A DNA stretch of 64,000 bases from Nitrospinaceae bacterium (GCA_965223665.1 OZ245011.1:3072001-3136000); one strand, 5' to 3'; numbered from the stretch's first letter, positions 18,174 through 29,597 are shown. Program-made: numbers and translations. Notes: a model not told the origin generated them from the letters alone.

Positions 18174-19082
18174 TTATTTTATTTTAAATTTTGCTTGCTT
18201 TAAGAACTCTTCAAAATGTGGGGGTAAAGAGGCTTTCAAATCAATAATGCGGTTTTTAAAATTAATTTTCAACTTATAAGCATGGAGACCTAAATTACCT
18301 TCTGAGGAATTACCGTATACTGGATCATGAGTTAATGGAGCCCCTTTCAAAGATAAATGGACTCGGATTTGATTGGTTCTCCCTGTGCGGGGTATTACCT
18401 TAAGTAAAGTTATTCCATTAAATGTAATCAACTTTTCAAAATCTGTAAGGGCGGGTTTGGGATTAATGGAATTTGGGCCTACTCCCCTTGCGGAACCTTT
18501 GATTTTTCCAATTGGAGCATCCACAGAAAATTGGTTTGGCAAGTCTTTGCAATCCACCAAAGCCAAATATTCTTTATATACTCTGTTGTTTGTGAATTCC
18601 TCTGTTAGTGCAGCTGCTGTTTCCGAAGTTTTTGCAAAAACCACCACACCTGTTGTTAAAGCATCTAGCCTTTGAACTGGTCGAGGGATTTCATTTTTAT
18701 AATGTTCTTTTAGAATTTCTGTCATGCTATTTTTAAAATAACGACCACTTGGATGGATAGGAAGGGGAGCTCCCTTGTTAAATACTCGAATATTGTCGTC
18801 TTCGTAAATAACAAACAATTTTCTATTGGCAGGAGGCTCCTGTCGAATTCCCATATTTGTAACAATAAAATCATGCTCTTTTAGTACGGTACCTAATCCA
18901 GCGGTTTTTCCATTGACTGAAATATCTCCTTTTTGAATTTTACTTTTCCACTCTTGAAAACTTAAGAAAGGAAACCGGTCAGTAAAATAGTTTTCAATAA
19001 AATATCCAATATATTTACCCGGTAAATAAGATTGATAAATTTGTTCAGCAGGTGGGGGACTTTCTAATCGAACGGAAGCCAT
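18174..19082 (-). CDS. RluA/RluD family pseudouridine synthase
   Basis: S4-like N-terminus, NKGAPLPIHPSG, QRLDALTTG, TGRTNQIRVHL, LHA. Confidence 0.9.
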   Translation of the reverse strand: MASVRLESPPPAEQIYQSYLPGKYIGYFIENYFTDRFPFLSFQEWKSKIQKGDISVNGKTAGLGTVLKEHDFIVTNMGIRQEPPANRKLFVIYEDDNIRVFNKGAPLPIHPSGRYFKNSMTEILKEHYKNEIPRPVQRLDALTTGVVVFAKTSETAAALTEEFTNNRVYKEYLALVDCKDLPNQFSVDAPIGKIKGSARGVGPNSINPKPALTDFEKLITFNGITLLKVIPRTGRTNQIRVHLSLKGAPLTHDPVYGNSSEGNLGLHAYKLKINFKNRIIDLKASLPPHFEEFLKQAKFKIK

Positions 19083-19290
19083 TGAATTAACACCATGGCA
19101 TTGAATAGAGAATTTTTTTGGTTTTTAAAGAGGACTTAGAGATCTCTGAATGGACTTGAGGACAAGAGTAAATTGAGTTTTTTAAAAAATTATATACTTT
19201 CATCAGCATAAAATATTTAATTCAAAATTCAATAAATCATTAGTTATTGTTTATTGATTTGGTTAAGTCCAATGTAGTTAAAAAAATTAT

Positions 19291-19857
19291 TTAATTTCTA
19301 CTTGGGTCTACCGGAGCGGTTAAAAGATATTCATATTCTTTACCTAGGGAACGTACCACCTTAGCCCAAACCAAAGGATCCGATGAATCAAATACGAAAT
19401 CTTCTGATGCATTACAAGTCAACCAACTTTTTTGCTTCATTTCATTGTTAAGTTGGCCAATTCCCCACCCGGAATATCCTAAATAAAATCGAATCTGTAC
19501 TAAAGGATTATCCATTTTAGGATAAATTTCTTCTAACACATCCCAACTCATTCCTAATTGCACACCAGGACAGACGGTTTCTAATTGTGGAATGGGTTCC
19601 GGTGTACGGCACAAATAAAATACCTGTGATTGAGAGACAGGGCCACCAATAAATACCTCTTGTTCATGATATTTTAAAAGTTTAGATTCCCCAAAAATTT
19701 CTGCTGCTGTCAGATCGGACTTACGGTTTACCACTAACCCAAATGATCCTTCATCATTATGATTACACAATAGGACAACTGTTCTAGAAAAGTTGGGATC
19801 CGGCAAGACCGGGTTGGCAATTAAGAATGATCCTTTTCCATATGGTTCACTAGTCAT
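19291..19857 (-). CDS. YqgE/AlgH (DUF179) family protein
   Basis: LIANPVLPDPNFSRTVVLLC, GGPV, FYLGYSGWGIGQL..E...SW. Confidence 0.92.
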   Translation of the reverse strand: MTSEPYGKGSFLIANPVLPDPNFSRTVVLLCNHNDEGSFGLVVNRKSDLTAAEIFGESKLLKYHEQEVFIGGPVSQSQVFYLCRTPEPIPQLETVCPGVQLGMSWDVLEEIYPKMDNPLVQIRFYLGYSGWGIGQLNNEMKQKSWLTCNASEDFVFDSSDPLVWAKVVRSLGKEYEYLLTAPVDPSRN

Positions 19858-19886
19858 GGTGAATCCTGAGAAAAGAGGAGTTCGAG

Positions 19887-20507
19887 TTATAGATTCAAAG
19901 ATTGCAATTTTTTAAATGCAGGTCCCTGTTTTGCAGAATCTTTACCTTCTCGGGAAGCGAAATTATTATCCATATAGAGAGCCACTAAGTTGGGCAATTT
20001 TTTGGAACAAGAAAGTGCTAATAAACCCTCATCCCCAATTTCATTTTGCGCCAGGTCGATTTCTTCGATCAACTCTAGGGTATTTTCATTTGCCAGGATT
20101 TTAGCACCTTCGTCTTTTAAATAATTTCTATAGAGGTTCAAAGTTTTTACTTTTTTAAGAATGGGTGATTTGACTACTGCCCGTATTCCATTGGGACCTA
20201 AATCATTTCCCCCAAGTTCTAACCAATTAATCTTGGCAAAAACTTCATTTTCAGAAAGAAAATGAGCCCCTGCATCCCCGATTTTGTTACCGCCTAAATT
20301 AAGTCGCTTTAAATTAACAATACGTTCATCTTCAGCAATGGTTTTTAATCCATTCACGCCTACGCAACAACCTTTTAAATTCAATTCCCGGCCATTTGGA
20401 GAAATTTGATCATCCACGATTTTTTTCATCGCTTCAATCAATCTTTCACCTGTATAATTACAGGGCTCAGCGGTGTCGTAAATGCGATACCCACTTAATG
20501 ACGGCAT
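19887..20507 (-). CDS. Leucine-rich repeat protein (RI-like/GALA-type)
   Basis: Repeats of LxxLxLxxNxIGDxG at about 28-aa period. Confidence 0.85.
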   Translation of the reverse strand: MPSLSGYRIYDTAEPCNYTGERLIEAMKKIVDDQISPNGRELNLKGCCVGVNGLKTIAEDERIVNLKRLNLGGNKIGDAGAHFLSENEVFAKINWLELGGNDLGPNGIRAVVKSPILKKVKTLNLYRNYLKDEGAKILANENTLELIEEIDLAQNEIGDEGLLALSCSKKLPNLVALYMDNNFASREGKDSAKQGPAFKKLQSLNL

Positions 20508-20653
20508 AACTCCCTCAATTTTTATAATAATAAAGGGCCATTTTGAACTCCACGAATAAACAAAAAACCTATAAGATATATGGAGTTATAGGTTGATGAT
20601 TGTAGAGGCTTGCTGTCTGGCCTAATTTATGATAAGCACAGGCTATTATAATG

Positions 20654-20681
20654 TTGACAGAAAATCAATATAATTTAAAAT
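20654..20681 (+). promoter_or_regulatory. Sigma-70 promoter of hisI-hisG
   Basis: TTGACA-16nt-TAAAAT, followed by AGGAG SD before hisI. Confidence 0.6.
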
Positions 20682-20708
20682 TCGCTCTTTCATTATATAG
20701 GAGATATT

Positions 20709-21086
20709 ATGCAATTGGATTTTGAAAAAATGGGAGGACTGGTTCCTGCAATTATTCAAGATGCCGAAACCGGAAAAGTTCTTATGTTGGCCTATATGAA
20801 TCAAGTGGCTTGGGAAAAAACGTTGGAAACTGGAAAAGCTTGGTTTTACAGCCGTTCACGAGACAAACAATGGATGAAGGGTGAAGAAAGTGGTAATGTT
20901 CAGGTCGTAAAAGAGGTTTTAGTAGACTGTGATGATGATACTGTTTTGTTGAAGGTCGAACAAGTTGGTAAAGCAGCTTGCCATAAGGGATATCAAAGTT
21001 GCTTTTTTCGAAAACTCAATGGGGAACTGACTACTGTTGAGGAGCAAATTTTTGACCCTAAAAAGGTCTACAAAAATCCAAAATAA
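20709..21086 (+). CDS. hisI: Phosphoribosyl-AMP cyclohydrolase
   Basis: [45 protein letters not shown]. Confidence 0.96.
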   Translation: MQLDFEKMGGLVPAIIQDAETGKVLMLAYMNQVAWEKTLETGKAWFYSRSRDKQWMKGEESGNVQVVKEVLVDCDDDTVLLKVEQVGKAACHKGYQSCFFRKLNGELTTVEEQIFDPKKVYKNPK

Positions 21087-21116
21087 TTTTTAAATCTATT
21101 TTTCAGGTGAAATTTA

Positions 21117-21995
21117 ATGAGCGGTAATGTACTAAAACTGGGGATACCTAAAGGGAGCTTAGAAGAAGCAACTGTTAATCTTTTTGCTAAAGCTGGGTAT
21201 CAAATTAAAATTAAAAGTCGATCTTACTACCCAAGTATTGATGATGATGAAATTGAATGTATGCTGATCCGCGCTCAAGAAATTGCTCGTTACGTAGCCG
21301 ACGGTGTATTAGATGCGGGCCTCACAGGTAAAGATTGGGTCCAGGAAAATCGAGTGGATGTAGTAGAAATTGCGGACTTGGTTTATTCCAAAACATCAGC
21401 GCGTCCGGTGCGATGGGTGCTAGCGGTTCCCAATGACTCTCCTGTAAAAACTGTAAAGGATTTACAAGGGAAACGCGTTGCCACTGAAGCGGTCAACATG
21501 ACGGTCGACTTTTTGAAAAAACATGGTGTAACGGCTTCAGTTGAGTTCTCATGGGGTGCTACTGAAGTGAAACCTCCGAAACTTGCAGATGCAATTGTAG
21601 AAGTTACAGAAACGGGTAATTCTCTTCGAGCGAATAATCTTAGAATTGTGGATACCTTGATGGAGTCCAATACCAAATTCATTATGAATAAAGAAGCCCA
21701 TAAGGATGATTGGAAGAAAAATAAGGTAGACCGATTAGTTTTAATGTTAAAAGGGGCTATGGCGGCAAATAAAAAAGTTGGAATGTTGATGAACGTTCCA
21801 AAATCTTCCTTAGAAAAAATTCTCAAAATTTTGCCTCCAGAATTAAAACCTACAGTTGCTGAATTAACAGATAATAATTGGGTGGATTTGACAGTGATCT
21901 TAGAGGAGCATTTAGTTCGTGAAATTGTTCCTGATCTTAAAGCAGCAGGTGCTGAAGATATTGTCGAATTTCCATTGAATAAAATCATTCACTAA
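21117..21995 (+). CDS. hisG: ATP phosphoribosyltransferase (long form)
   Basis: [53 protein letters not shown]-terminal regulatory domain. Confidence 0.96.
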   Translation: MSGNVLKLGIPKGSLEEATVNLFAKAGYQIKIKSRSYYPSIDDDEIECMLIRAQEIARYVADGVLDAGLTGKDWVQENRVDVVEIADLVYSKTSARPVRWVLAVPNDSPVKTVKDLQGKRVATEAVNMTVDFLKKHGVTASVEFSWGATEVKPPKLADAIVEVTETGNSLRANNLRIVDTLMESNTKFIMNKEAHKDDWKKNKVDRLVLMLKGAMAANKKVGMLMNVPKSSLEKILKILPPELKPTVAELTDNNWVDLTVILEEHLVREIVPDLKAAGAEDIVEFPLNKIIH

Positions 21996-22007
21996 TTTTT
22001 TTTCGCC

Positions 22008-23189
22008 TTGACCGAAGACAACGAAAAATCTAAATCCGATTCTGAAGAAGAAAAATCGGAACCTTCATCAGAAGATTCATCGAAGGAGGCTTTTGAACCA
22101 GAAGATGCGGATCCTAATCCCTCATCTGAAGAACCAACCTCTCCTGTGGATGAGCCTGAAACCATCTATGAACCTCCCAGTAAAAAGTCAACACCTACCT
22201 CAAAGAAAAGATTAATACCAAAGGTAATTTGGGAGTTCTTACTCTTTTTAATAATTGTGGCTCTCTTGGGAGGTGGATATTTCCTTTTCAAAGAACAAAC
22301 TCGTTTTCAAAAAAGAGTTAATTCTAAAATATCTAATTTAGAGTCTGAAATTAGCAATTTAAAAACTCAGCAGCAGATTTTGCAAGGAAAAGCCAAAAGA
22401 TTGGACAGATTCCAACTGGATGTTTCAAGTTTAAAAAGTCAATCCAAACAAAATTTAAATGAACAACAAAAATCCTTAAATTCATTAAATTTAAAAATTA
22501 ATGAAATTGAAGATAAATTGTCTTCAATTAAAGAGCAAGCAACCGCGGAGACTTCAGAAGAAACAACTCAATCTCCATCCGCTGAAGATAATTCTGATAA
22601 TACTAATGTGGAGGAAGATAGTGGAGATGAAATAGATAGCTCAGCGATTTCTGACCCTGAAGGAAATGCAGAGAAATTGGAAAGTGATTCTGGCGAAACT
22701 ATAAAGGAAGAAAAGCCAGTTGCGGAAGAGACGAGTGCCGAAAGTGAAACCTCCCAAGAGGATTCTGATATAAACGAAGACTCAGCCGAGGAAGATGTTT
22801 CAAATTCGGTAGAGGAGGTGCCTGCATCTGAGATTGCCGAAGACCCAACTTTAACTAAAGAGTCCATTGAACCCCTATTATCAACCCCGAAAACCGAAGA
22901 TCAACCTCCACCACCCACAGAGGAAGTGGAAGAAGCTGAGTCTATTGAAGAACCTCAAGAGCCTGAGGAAGAAGAAACAGAGCTCTCTTCTGAGCCGGTA
23001 ACTTCTGAGGAATCCGAGTCAGAGCCAGAACCAATTCCTGTTTCACCCGACAATTCTCAAAAAAAAATAACGCACAATGATTTTATTGATTGGGTGGAAG
23101 AAACCATTAGTAAGCTATTTCAATGGATTGGGGAAGGACTTCAGAAAATTTGGGATTATATTTCCGCCAAAATTAAAGAGAATTTATAA
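22008..23189 (+). CDS. Acidic, membrane-anchored coiled-coil hypothetical protein
   Basis: Acidic N-tail, one TM helix, coiled coil, long Glu/Ser/Pro-rich region, Trp-periodic C-terminal helix. Confidence 0.7.
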   Translation: MTEDNEKSKSDSEEEKSEPSSEDSSKEAFEPEDADPNPSSEEPTSPVDEPETIYEPPSKKSTPTSKKRLIPKVIWEFLLFLIIVALLGGGYFLFKEQTRFQKRVNSKISNLESEISNLKTQQQILQGKAKRLDRFQLDVSSLKSQSKQNLNEQQKSLNSLNLKINEIEDKLSSIKEQATAETSEETTQSPSAEDNSDNTNVEEDSGDEIDSSAISDPEGNAEKLESDSGETIKEEKPVAEETSAESETSQEDSDINEDSAEEDVSNSVEEVPASEIAEDPTLTKESIEPLLSTPKTEDQPPPPTEEVEEAESIEEPQEPEEEETELSSEPVTSEESESEPEPIPVSPDNSQKKITHNDFIDWVEETISKLFQWIGEGLQKIWDYISAKIKENL

Positions 23190-23982
23190 TTTTTGTTTTG
23201 CTTAGAATTCCTGATTTGACACAAAGGTTTTGAAAACAAGTTAAACCCTCCATTTCATTTTTTCCTAAATCGTAAATTATTTTGTTTTGTAAATAATCCC
23301 GGCAAATATTTTCATCAATTCCAGTTAAAGCGGATTGGTGTTTAATAATATTTTCTATTTGTACTTCTCCATTTTTCTTGGCCTGCTGAACGATTTGTAG
23401 AAAATTTGAATCTATATTTACTTCATTACTAACAGCAACTACCGCGTGAACAAAAGTTTTTTGAGTTTTTTTGTACCATTCTTCGCTTAAATCAAAAACC
23501 TCATAGTTGGAATTTTTAATTAATTTAAAGGCTTGGTCACCTATTACAAGCATTGCGTCATAATTGAAAAAATCTTTTTCTTCGGGATAACAAGAATTAA
23601 ATTTTACGTCCTTGGAGAAACGACTCTGAAACAATAAGCGTAACAAAGTCACGGAAGTCCTAGAGCGACTGTCTAGCCCTACGGTTTTTATTTTTGATAA
23701 AGGTTTTTGAGTAATGAGAAGTACAGTTCCTACCGGGCCTTTGGAAGAAATGGATATGTTGGGAAATAATTTAAATTGATCCACATTTTTCAAAAACTCA
23801 ATGGACGGAATCATTGCTAAATCTAATTTGCCTTGAATCAAGCTATCCGCTAGGGAGGAAGGGGTATCTTGAATAACTTTGAAATTTCCCTTTTCACTTA
23901 ATTCAAGTAATGGAATCAGCAATGGTTGTGCATTTAAAAAATTATGGAAGCCAAACTTTAGAGGGTTAATAATTTTATTCAT
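23173..23982 (-). CDS. mqnA: Chorismate dehydratase MqnA (futalosine menaquinone pathway)
   Basis: FLNAQPL, PSSLA..L..G.LD.A.IPSIE, SRSRTSVTLL, LVIGDQA, DLSEEW, FVHAV. Confidence 0.85.
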   Translation of the reverse strand: MNKIINPLKFGFHNFLNAQPLLIPLLELSEKGNFKVIQDTPSSLADSLIQGKLDLAMIPSIEFLKNVDQFKLFPNISISSKGPVGTVLLITQKPLSKIKTVGLDSRSRTSVTLLRLLFQSRFSKDVKFNSCYPEEKDFFNYDAMLVIGDQAFKLIKNSNYEVFDLSEEWYKKTQKTFVHAVVAVSNEVNIDSNFLQIVQQAKKNGEVQIENIIKHQSALTGIDENICRDYLQNKIIYDLGKNEMEGLTCFQNLCVKSGILSKTKIINSL

Positions 23983-24073
23983 AATGGATGAAACTTTTAA
24001 GCTATTTCTTTACTAATTAAAGAAAAATAGGCAGCAACGTTTGAAAGAATATTAATATTACGAAATTCCAAAT

Positions 24074-24106
24074 AAAAAAACCGGGATGGAAATTTCCATC
24101 CCGGTT
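24074..24106 (-). terminator. Intrinsic terminator downstream of hppA
   Basis: Perfect inverted repeat AACCGGGATGGAAATTTCCATCCCGGTT running into a T tract on the minus strand. Confidence 0.85.
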
Positions 24107-24124
24107 AATAAGTTTATCTATTGT

Positions 24125-26203
24125 TTAAATAAATAAAGGAGCTAGTACCAATGAAACAATAGACATCAATTTAATTAAGATATTCATAGCAGGTCCTGAT
24201 GTATCTTTCAATGGATCTCCCACAGTATCACCCACTACAGTAGCTTTATGTGCATCGGAACCTTTACCTCCTAATGCCCCGCCTTCGACATATTTTTTTG
24301 CATTGTCCCAAGCACCACCACCATTGGACATGAAAAGGGCCAGCATTACTCCTGAAAGTGTTGCGCCTACCAACATTCCACCTAAAGACTCTTTACCTAA
24401 AAGAAAGCCAATAAGGATGGGTGTTACAAAAGCCGCAACACCTGGTAAAATCATTTCCCTTAATGCCGCCTGAGTGCTGATATCAATACATCGTGCTGTA
24501 TCAGGTTTTCCGGTTCCTTCCATCAGTCCTTCAATTTCTTTAAATTGCCGACGAATTTCTTCAACCATAAGAAAAGCGCCTTTTCCAACAGAAGTCATGG
24601 TGATTGCAGCTACTAAAAAGGGAACCATTCCCCCAATTAATACTCCAATGATTACGGTAGTTTTGGTTATATCGATGGAATCAATTCCTGCGGCTTGAGT
24701 GTATGCAGAAAACAAGGCTAAGGCGGTCAAAGCAGCAGATCCAATAGCAAAACCTTTACCGATAGCGGCAGTAGTGTTTCCTAAAGCATCCAATCCATCC
24801 GTAACTTTTCGAGTTTCTTCACCAAGTCCCGCCATTTCGGAAATTCCCCCTGCGTTGTCAGCAATGGGTCCGTAAGCGTCAACCGACATGGTGATACCAA
24901 CAGTTGCTAACATTCCAACAGCTGCTAACGCCACACCATATAATCCTGCGGCTTTCGCTGAAACAAAAATTGCAAGAGCAATGGTTAAAATAGGAATCGC
25001 ACAACTTTCCATGGCAACGGCTAAGCCAGTGATCATAACTGTAGCCACACCTGTTTTACTTGATTCTGCAATACGAATAACAGGTTTTCCCGCAGTATAA
25101 TATTCCGTTATAAGTCCAATAACAATTCCTGCAAAACAGCCAAATGCTAAAGCAGCAAAAACACCCATTGGCAGACCCATTACGGTGATTGCTATATAGG
25201 CTCCTAACAAAAGTGCGCCGGCACTAACAAAAGTAGAATAACGTAATACATCAGCGGGGTCTAAACTGGACATGGCTCTGATGGATCGAATTCCAATAAT
25301 GGAGGCTATCAATCCGATCATTGCAATAATTACCGGAAGTGACATATATTGAAAACGTAATCCGGCTTCCATGGTGGTGGCAATAGCAATGGTTGCTATC
25401 ATAGAACCTACATAAGACTCAAAAATATCAGCTCCTAATCCAGCAGTATCACCAACACAGTCACCTACGTTATCCGCAATAACCCCTGGGTTCCTTGGAT
25501 CGTCTTCCGGAATTCCTGCCTCCACTTTTCCTACCAAGTCAGAGCCAACATCTGCTATTTTGGTGTATATTCCACCGCCAACACGTGCAAACAAGGCAAT
25601 GGAGCTAGCTCCCATTGCAAATCCACTGATAACGCTTGCAGAGTCGCCTCTACCAAATAAAAGAAACAATCCGCCCACACCTAGAAGTCCCAGGCTTGCG
25701 ACGCAAAGTCCCATAACCGCACCACCGTTAAAAGCAACATCAAGTGCTTTTGCCTCTCCACCGTCGGTGGCCGCTTGAGAAGTTCTTACATTCGCTGTAG
25801 TTGCGGCATTCATTCCAAAAAATCCTGCCGCCATGGAACAAACAGCTCCTAAAATGTAAGAAACCCCAGTCCAAAATCCAATCCACAAACCTTTTTGTGA
25901 ACCAATAAAAATAACTAACAAGAGGAACACAGCTCCAACAAAATATGCCAAGATTCTATATTCTCTTGAGAGAAAAACCATGGCGCCCTCATGAATGGAC
26001 TCAGCGATTTCAGTCATTTTTTCATTGCCTTCAGGTTGGTCATCCACGTATTCATATACTTTCCACGCGATCACCAAACCAAAGAGTCCGAATAAGGGAC
26101 CAAAATACGCAAAATTTTGGGAAACGCCAAACGCGGAAAAGACCACATAAATCAAAAAGGCCAATCCGATAAAAATTAGCTCTCCCTTATATTCTTGCAT
26201 CAT
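24125..26203 (-). CDS. hppA: Membrane-bound K+-stimulated pyrophosphatase (probably Na+-pumping)
   Basis: [64 protein letters not shown]. Confidence 0.95.
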   Translation of the reverse strand: MMQEYKGELIFIGLAFLIYVVFSAFGVSQNFAYFGPLFGLFGLVIAWKVYEYVDDQPEGNEKMTEIAESIHEGAMVFLSREYRILAYFVGAVFLLLVIFIGSQKGLWIGFWTGVSYILGAVCSMAAGFFGMNAATTANVRTSQAATDGGEAKALDVAFNGGAVMGLCVASLGLLGVGGLFLLFGRGDSASVISGFAMGASSIALFARVGGGIYTKIADVGSDLVGKVEAGIPEDDPRNPGVIADNVGDCVGDTAGLGADIFESYVGSMIATIAIATTMEAGLRFQYMSLPVIIAMIGLIASIIGIRSIRAMSSLDPADVLRYSTFVSAGALLLGAYIAITVMGLPMGVFAALAFGCFAGIVIGLITEYYTAGKPVIRIAESSKTGVATVMITGLAVAMESCAIPILTIALAIFVSAKAAGLYGVALAAVGMLATVGITMSVDAYGPIADNAGGISEMAGLGEETRKVTDGLDALGNTTAAIGKGFAIGSAALTALALFSAYTQAAGIDSIDITKTTVIIGVLIGGMVPFLVAAITMTSVGKGAFLMVEEIRRQFKEIEGLMEGTGKPDTARCIDISTQAALREMILPGVAAFVTPILIGFLLGKESLGGMLVGATLSGVMLALFMSNGGGAWDNAKKYVEGGALGGKGSDAHKATVVGDTVGDPLKDTSGPAMNILIKLMSIVSLVLAPLFI

Positions 26204-26205
26204 TC

Positions 26206-26769
26206 TTATTGTTCCTCCGTTTGATTAAGAGATTTTTCGTATAATTCTTTCAGTGTTGCTTCAATTCTGGCAACAGCTTGATCGATCATGTCATTTACTT
26301 GTGGCCACTCTTCCTCCTTAAAAGGAGTTAACACGTAGTCCACAATTTCTTCTTTATTGTCAGGCCGGTCTACCCCTAAGCGAAATCGGATAAATTGATC
26401 TGTACCTATTCTATCAATTATAGATCCAATCCCACGGTTTCCTGCGTCGCCCCCTTTAGTCTTACGTTTGATTTTCCCCAAGGCTAAATCAATTTCATCA
26501 TGAACAACTACCAATTGTTCGGGAAGTAAATCGAATGCTTTCAGAAACGAAAGAGCTGCTTTCCCACTTTCATTCATGTACGTCATGGGTTTAGAAACCA
26601 TGACGGGGCAACCATTAATCTTACCTTTTCCAAAAAGGGAAAAATACTTATGCTGGTCGAGTTGAATTTGATGCTTTTCGGCCAAAGCGTCAATTACTAA
26701 GAACCCAATGTTATGTCGGGTTAACTCATAGCGTGGCCCAGGATTACCTAACCCAAGAATTAAAAACAC
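26206..26769 (-). CDS. pth: Peptidyl-tRNA hydrolase
   Basis: [33 protein letters not shown]. Confidence 0.95.
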   Translation of the reverse strand: MFLILGLGNPGPRYELTRHNIGFLVIDALAEKHQIQLDQHKYFSLFGKGKINGCPVMVSKPMTYMNESGKAALSFLKAFDLLPEQLVVVHDEIDLALGKIKRKTKGGDAGNRGIGSIIDRIGTDQFIRFRLGVDRPDNKEEIVDYVLTPFKEEEWPQVNDMIDQAVARIEATLKELYEKSLNQTEEQ

Positions 26770-26792
26770 AAGCGTAAACGGTGTGAGCCGAT

Positions 26793-27443
26793 TTAAGACT
26801 CAGGTTTTTCTGCAGCTGGTTCAGGGGCAGCTGCGGGAGTTTCACCTTCAACACCTTCACCCTCTTCACCTTCTGGTTTTTCTTCCTTCGTTTTTACTTC
26901 ATGCACAGAAACTATAACTTCTTCAATGTTTGTTAAAACCTCTATATTATCAGGAATTTTAAGATCTGAAACGTGAAGAACCTGGTCTAATTGAACCTCT
27001 TCCATATTAACTTCAAACTTTTCTGGAATTTCATTGGGCAAACAGCGTATTTCCAAATTATGTAAACTATGTTCTACAATCCCACCTAATTTTTCACCTG
27101 GGGAATGGCCAACAAGAATGATTGGAGCGTTTACCTTGATTTTGTCTTTCATATCGATTTCCAAAAAATCCGCATGAACCCACCCCTCTTTAATGGGATG
27201 CTCTTGATGATCCTTTAAGAGAACAACTCGTTTATCTTTTGAATCTCCTTCAATTGAAAGCTCAATCAAAGCATTGATACCTTTTTGTTCTAATAGCTTT
27301 TTTAGTTCTTTCGGTTTAATGGTTAAAGCAACCGTAGAGTCTTTACCATATAGTACTGCAGGTAACATTCCATCGCCCCGCAAACGTCTGTTGGCACCTT
27401 TTCCACGACCTTCTCGAATTTTTCCTGATAATGCGTTACTCAT
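26793..27443 (-). CDS. rplY: 50S ribosomal protein L25/Ctc
   Basis: GKGANRRLR..G.LPAVLYG, HADF, LHVSDL; start moved to MSNAL (27443), removing the overlap with prs. Confidence 0.92.
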   Translation of the reverse strand: MSNALSGKIREGRGKGANRRLRGDGMLPAVLYGKDSTVALTIKPKELKKLLEQKGINALIELSIEGDSKDKRVVLLKDHQEHPIKEGWVHADFLEIDMKDKIKVNAPIILVGHSPGEKLGGIVEHSLHNLEIRCLPNEIPEKFEVNMEEVQLDQVLHVSDLKIPDNIEVLTNIEEVIVSVHEVKTKEEKPEGEEGEGVEGETPAAAPEPAAEKPES

Positions 27444-27444
27444 T

Positions 27445-28407
27445 TTATAAATCTTCCTTTGAATCAAATAATGAACTGATCGAGCTTTCACTATGAATTC
27501 TAATAATTGCCTCTCCTAATAAAGGAGCTACCGACAATATTTTTATTTTTCCTATCTTTTTTAACTCATCGTTAAGAGGAATTGTGTTAGTTGTGATAAT
27601 GGATTTAATTGGAGATTTTTCTATTCTTTCACCAGCAGGACCCGAGAGTACAGGATGGCTACAAGCAGCATGAACTTCCCCCGCTCCCGCGTCCAAAAGT
27701 GCGTTTGTAGCTTCTACCAAGGTTCCAGCTGTATCAATCATATCATCAATTATAACGGCAACTTTGCCTTTGACATCTCCAATAATATTCATCGCTTTGG
27801 CAACATTTGGACCTTCACGTCGTTTATCAATAATTGCCAGGGAGGTTTTCAAACGTTTCGCGAAAGCTCGTGATCTCTCCACACCCCCTGCGTCAGGAGA
27901 AATGATTACGAGGTCAGAAAGATTCATGCTCTTTATATAGTTAATTAAAACATTCATTGCGAACAAATGGTCTACAGGAATGTTGAAAAATCCTTGAATT
28001 TGTCCCGCATGAAGATCCACAGTTAATACACGGTCCGTCCCTGCTGTGTGCAGCAAATCAGCAACCAGTTTTGAAGTAATAGGAACACGGGGCTCACATT
28101 TGCGATCTTGACGTGCATAACCATAATAAGGAATTACCGCGGTGATCCGTTTTGCGGAAGACCGACGTAATGCATCAATCATGATTAGTAATTCCATTAA
28201 ATTGGTATTTCCTGGGGCACAAGTGGGCTGAATGACGAAAACATCTCCTCCTCTTACGTTTTCCTCAATTCGAACGTAAATTTCTCCATCAGAAAAATCT
28301 TTGACCACACTTTTTCCCAGATCGATATTCATATAGGAACAAATATCTTTGGAAAGGTCCAGATTGGCACGTCCTGAAAAAACTAAAACATTTCCGTTAT
28401 CACTCAT
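27445..28407 (-). CDS. prs: Ribose-phosphate pyrophosphokinase
   Basis: [44 protein letters not shown]. Confidence 0.97.
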   Translation of the reverse strand: MSDNGNVLVFSGRANLDLSKDICSYMNIDLGKSVVKDFSDGEIYVRIEENVRGGDVFVIQPTCAPGNTNLMELLIMIDALRRSSAKRITAVIPYYGYARQDRKCEPRVPITSKLVADLLHTAGTDRVLTVDLHAGQIQGFFNIPVDHLFAMNVLINYIKSMNLSDLVIISPDAGGVERSRAFAKRLKTSLAIIDKRREGPNVAKAMNIIGDVKGKVAVIIDDMIDTAGTLVEATNALLDAGAGEVHAACSHPVLSGPAGERIEKSPIKSIITTNTIPLNDELKKIGKIKILSVAPLLGEAIIRIHSESSISSLFDSKEDL

Positions 28408-28434
28408 CCACTTTTACCGAACTATATTAAAAAA

Positions 28435-28510
28435 TGGCTGGGGCGGGAGGACTCGAACCTCCGAATGCATGAACCAAAATCATGTGTCTTAGCCACTTGA
28501 CGACGCCCCA
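28435..28510 (-). tRNA. tRNA-Gln(TTG)
   Basis: TGGGGCGTCGTCAAGTGGCTAAGACA-CATGA TTTTGGT TCATG-...GGTTCGAGTCC-TCCCGCCCCAGCCA; conserved ispE-tRNA-Gln-prs synteny. Confidence 0.96.
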
Positions 28511-28697
28511 ATAAAAATATTTCCCAAATCGATCCACTCAAACACTATTAAATCCAAATCGAAACCTATAAAGATCTCCGAATACTTTATGAGTCACTTT
28601 GTAAGGTATTTCTTAACAAAGTGAAAAGTGAAAGGGTTGTATACTAGGGGAAAAAAAGATCCAATGGCGCAACCCCGCTCGTGGCTTTCTTCCTAGT

Positions 28698-29597
28698 TTA
28701 TGGGTAATTGAGCACATTTTCCGGCAGAAATTCCGAAAACTGCGATACCGTCTCTGTAAAAAATATATCCCAATCCCCATCACTACACTCAGCAAAAGCC
28801 CTATTTGCCGAGTTAAACTCTTGAAACATTCCGAAAACAGACGAACCGCTCCCTGAAACTAACAACCCCTGGGGTTGGAAGGAACGTAGTCGATCCTTGG
28901 CCATTTGGACAACCGGATATCGTTTTAAAACAACGGTTTCCAAGTCATTTACCAAATTGGCACCTAATTTAACGATATCCGACTGGGAAAAAAAATCGCT
29001 CAAAATGCTAATATTTTTTTGATTTTTTGTCAAATTTAAATTGAGATGTTGATATACCTCAGATGTAGAAACGAATATCTTTGGAAAAATCAGTATAACA
29101 TAGCATTTTTTAAAGGGTTGCAAGGGAGTGAGTTTTTCTCCACGACCTTGCCCTCTTGCTGCAGGTGAACATAAAAAAAAGGGTACATCTGAGCCAATTT
29201 GAGCAGATATTTCTATTAATTGTTTTCTTTTAAGACCAAGGTCCCAAAGGTAATTTAGCCCCAATAAAGCTCCAGCAGCATTCCCGCTTCCACCTCCTAG
29301 GCCTGCACCGACGGGAATCCTCTTTTTTAAATGTATTTTACAGCCTTTTTCCGAAATTTCAGGAAATTGCCTCTTCAGTAATTGGGCGGATTTGCAAATT
29401 AAATTAGAAGAATCTGTTGGGATATTAGGATCATTGCAAGTTAATGATATGTTACTGGGTTGGTTTTCGATTTCTAAGCAATCAAACAAATTGACCATTT
29501 GAAAGATGGTGTCCAATTCATGAAATCCATCTGGTCGTTTCCCTAAAATGGATAACCCAAGATTAATTTTAGCAGGAGTTTGAATACTTAGTTTCAT
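28698..29597 (-). CDS. ispE: 4-diphosphocytidyl-2-C-methyl-D-erythritol kinase
   Basis: PAKINLGL..LGKRPDGFHEL, KRIPVGAGLGGGSGNAA, GSDVPFF, NDLE, SGSGSSVF. Confidence 0.96.
   Translation of the reverse strand: MKLSIQTPAKINLGLSILGKRPDGFHELDTIFQMVNLFDCLEIENQPSNISLTCNDPNIPTDSSNLICKSAQLLKRQFPEISEKGCKIHLKKRIPVGAGLGGGSGNAAGALLGLNYLWDLGLKRKQLIEISAQIGSDVPFFLCSPAARGQGRGEKLTPLQPFKKCYVILIFPKIFVSTSEVYQHLNLNLTKNQKNISILSDFFSQSDIVKLGANLVNDLETVVLKRYPVVQMAKDRLRSFQPQGLLVSGSGSSVFGMFQEFNSANRAFAECSDGDWDIFFTETVSQFSEFLPENVLNYP

Noticed and set aside
19087-19209. 40-aa minus-strand ORF between algH and the pseudouridine synthase
   Set aside because: No SD and no motif; insufficient support.
21383-21988. 201-aa ORF antisense to hisG (and similar antisense ORFs over hppA, clpX, lon, arc)
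   Set aside because: Mirror-frame ORFs produced by codon bias of well-supported genes.
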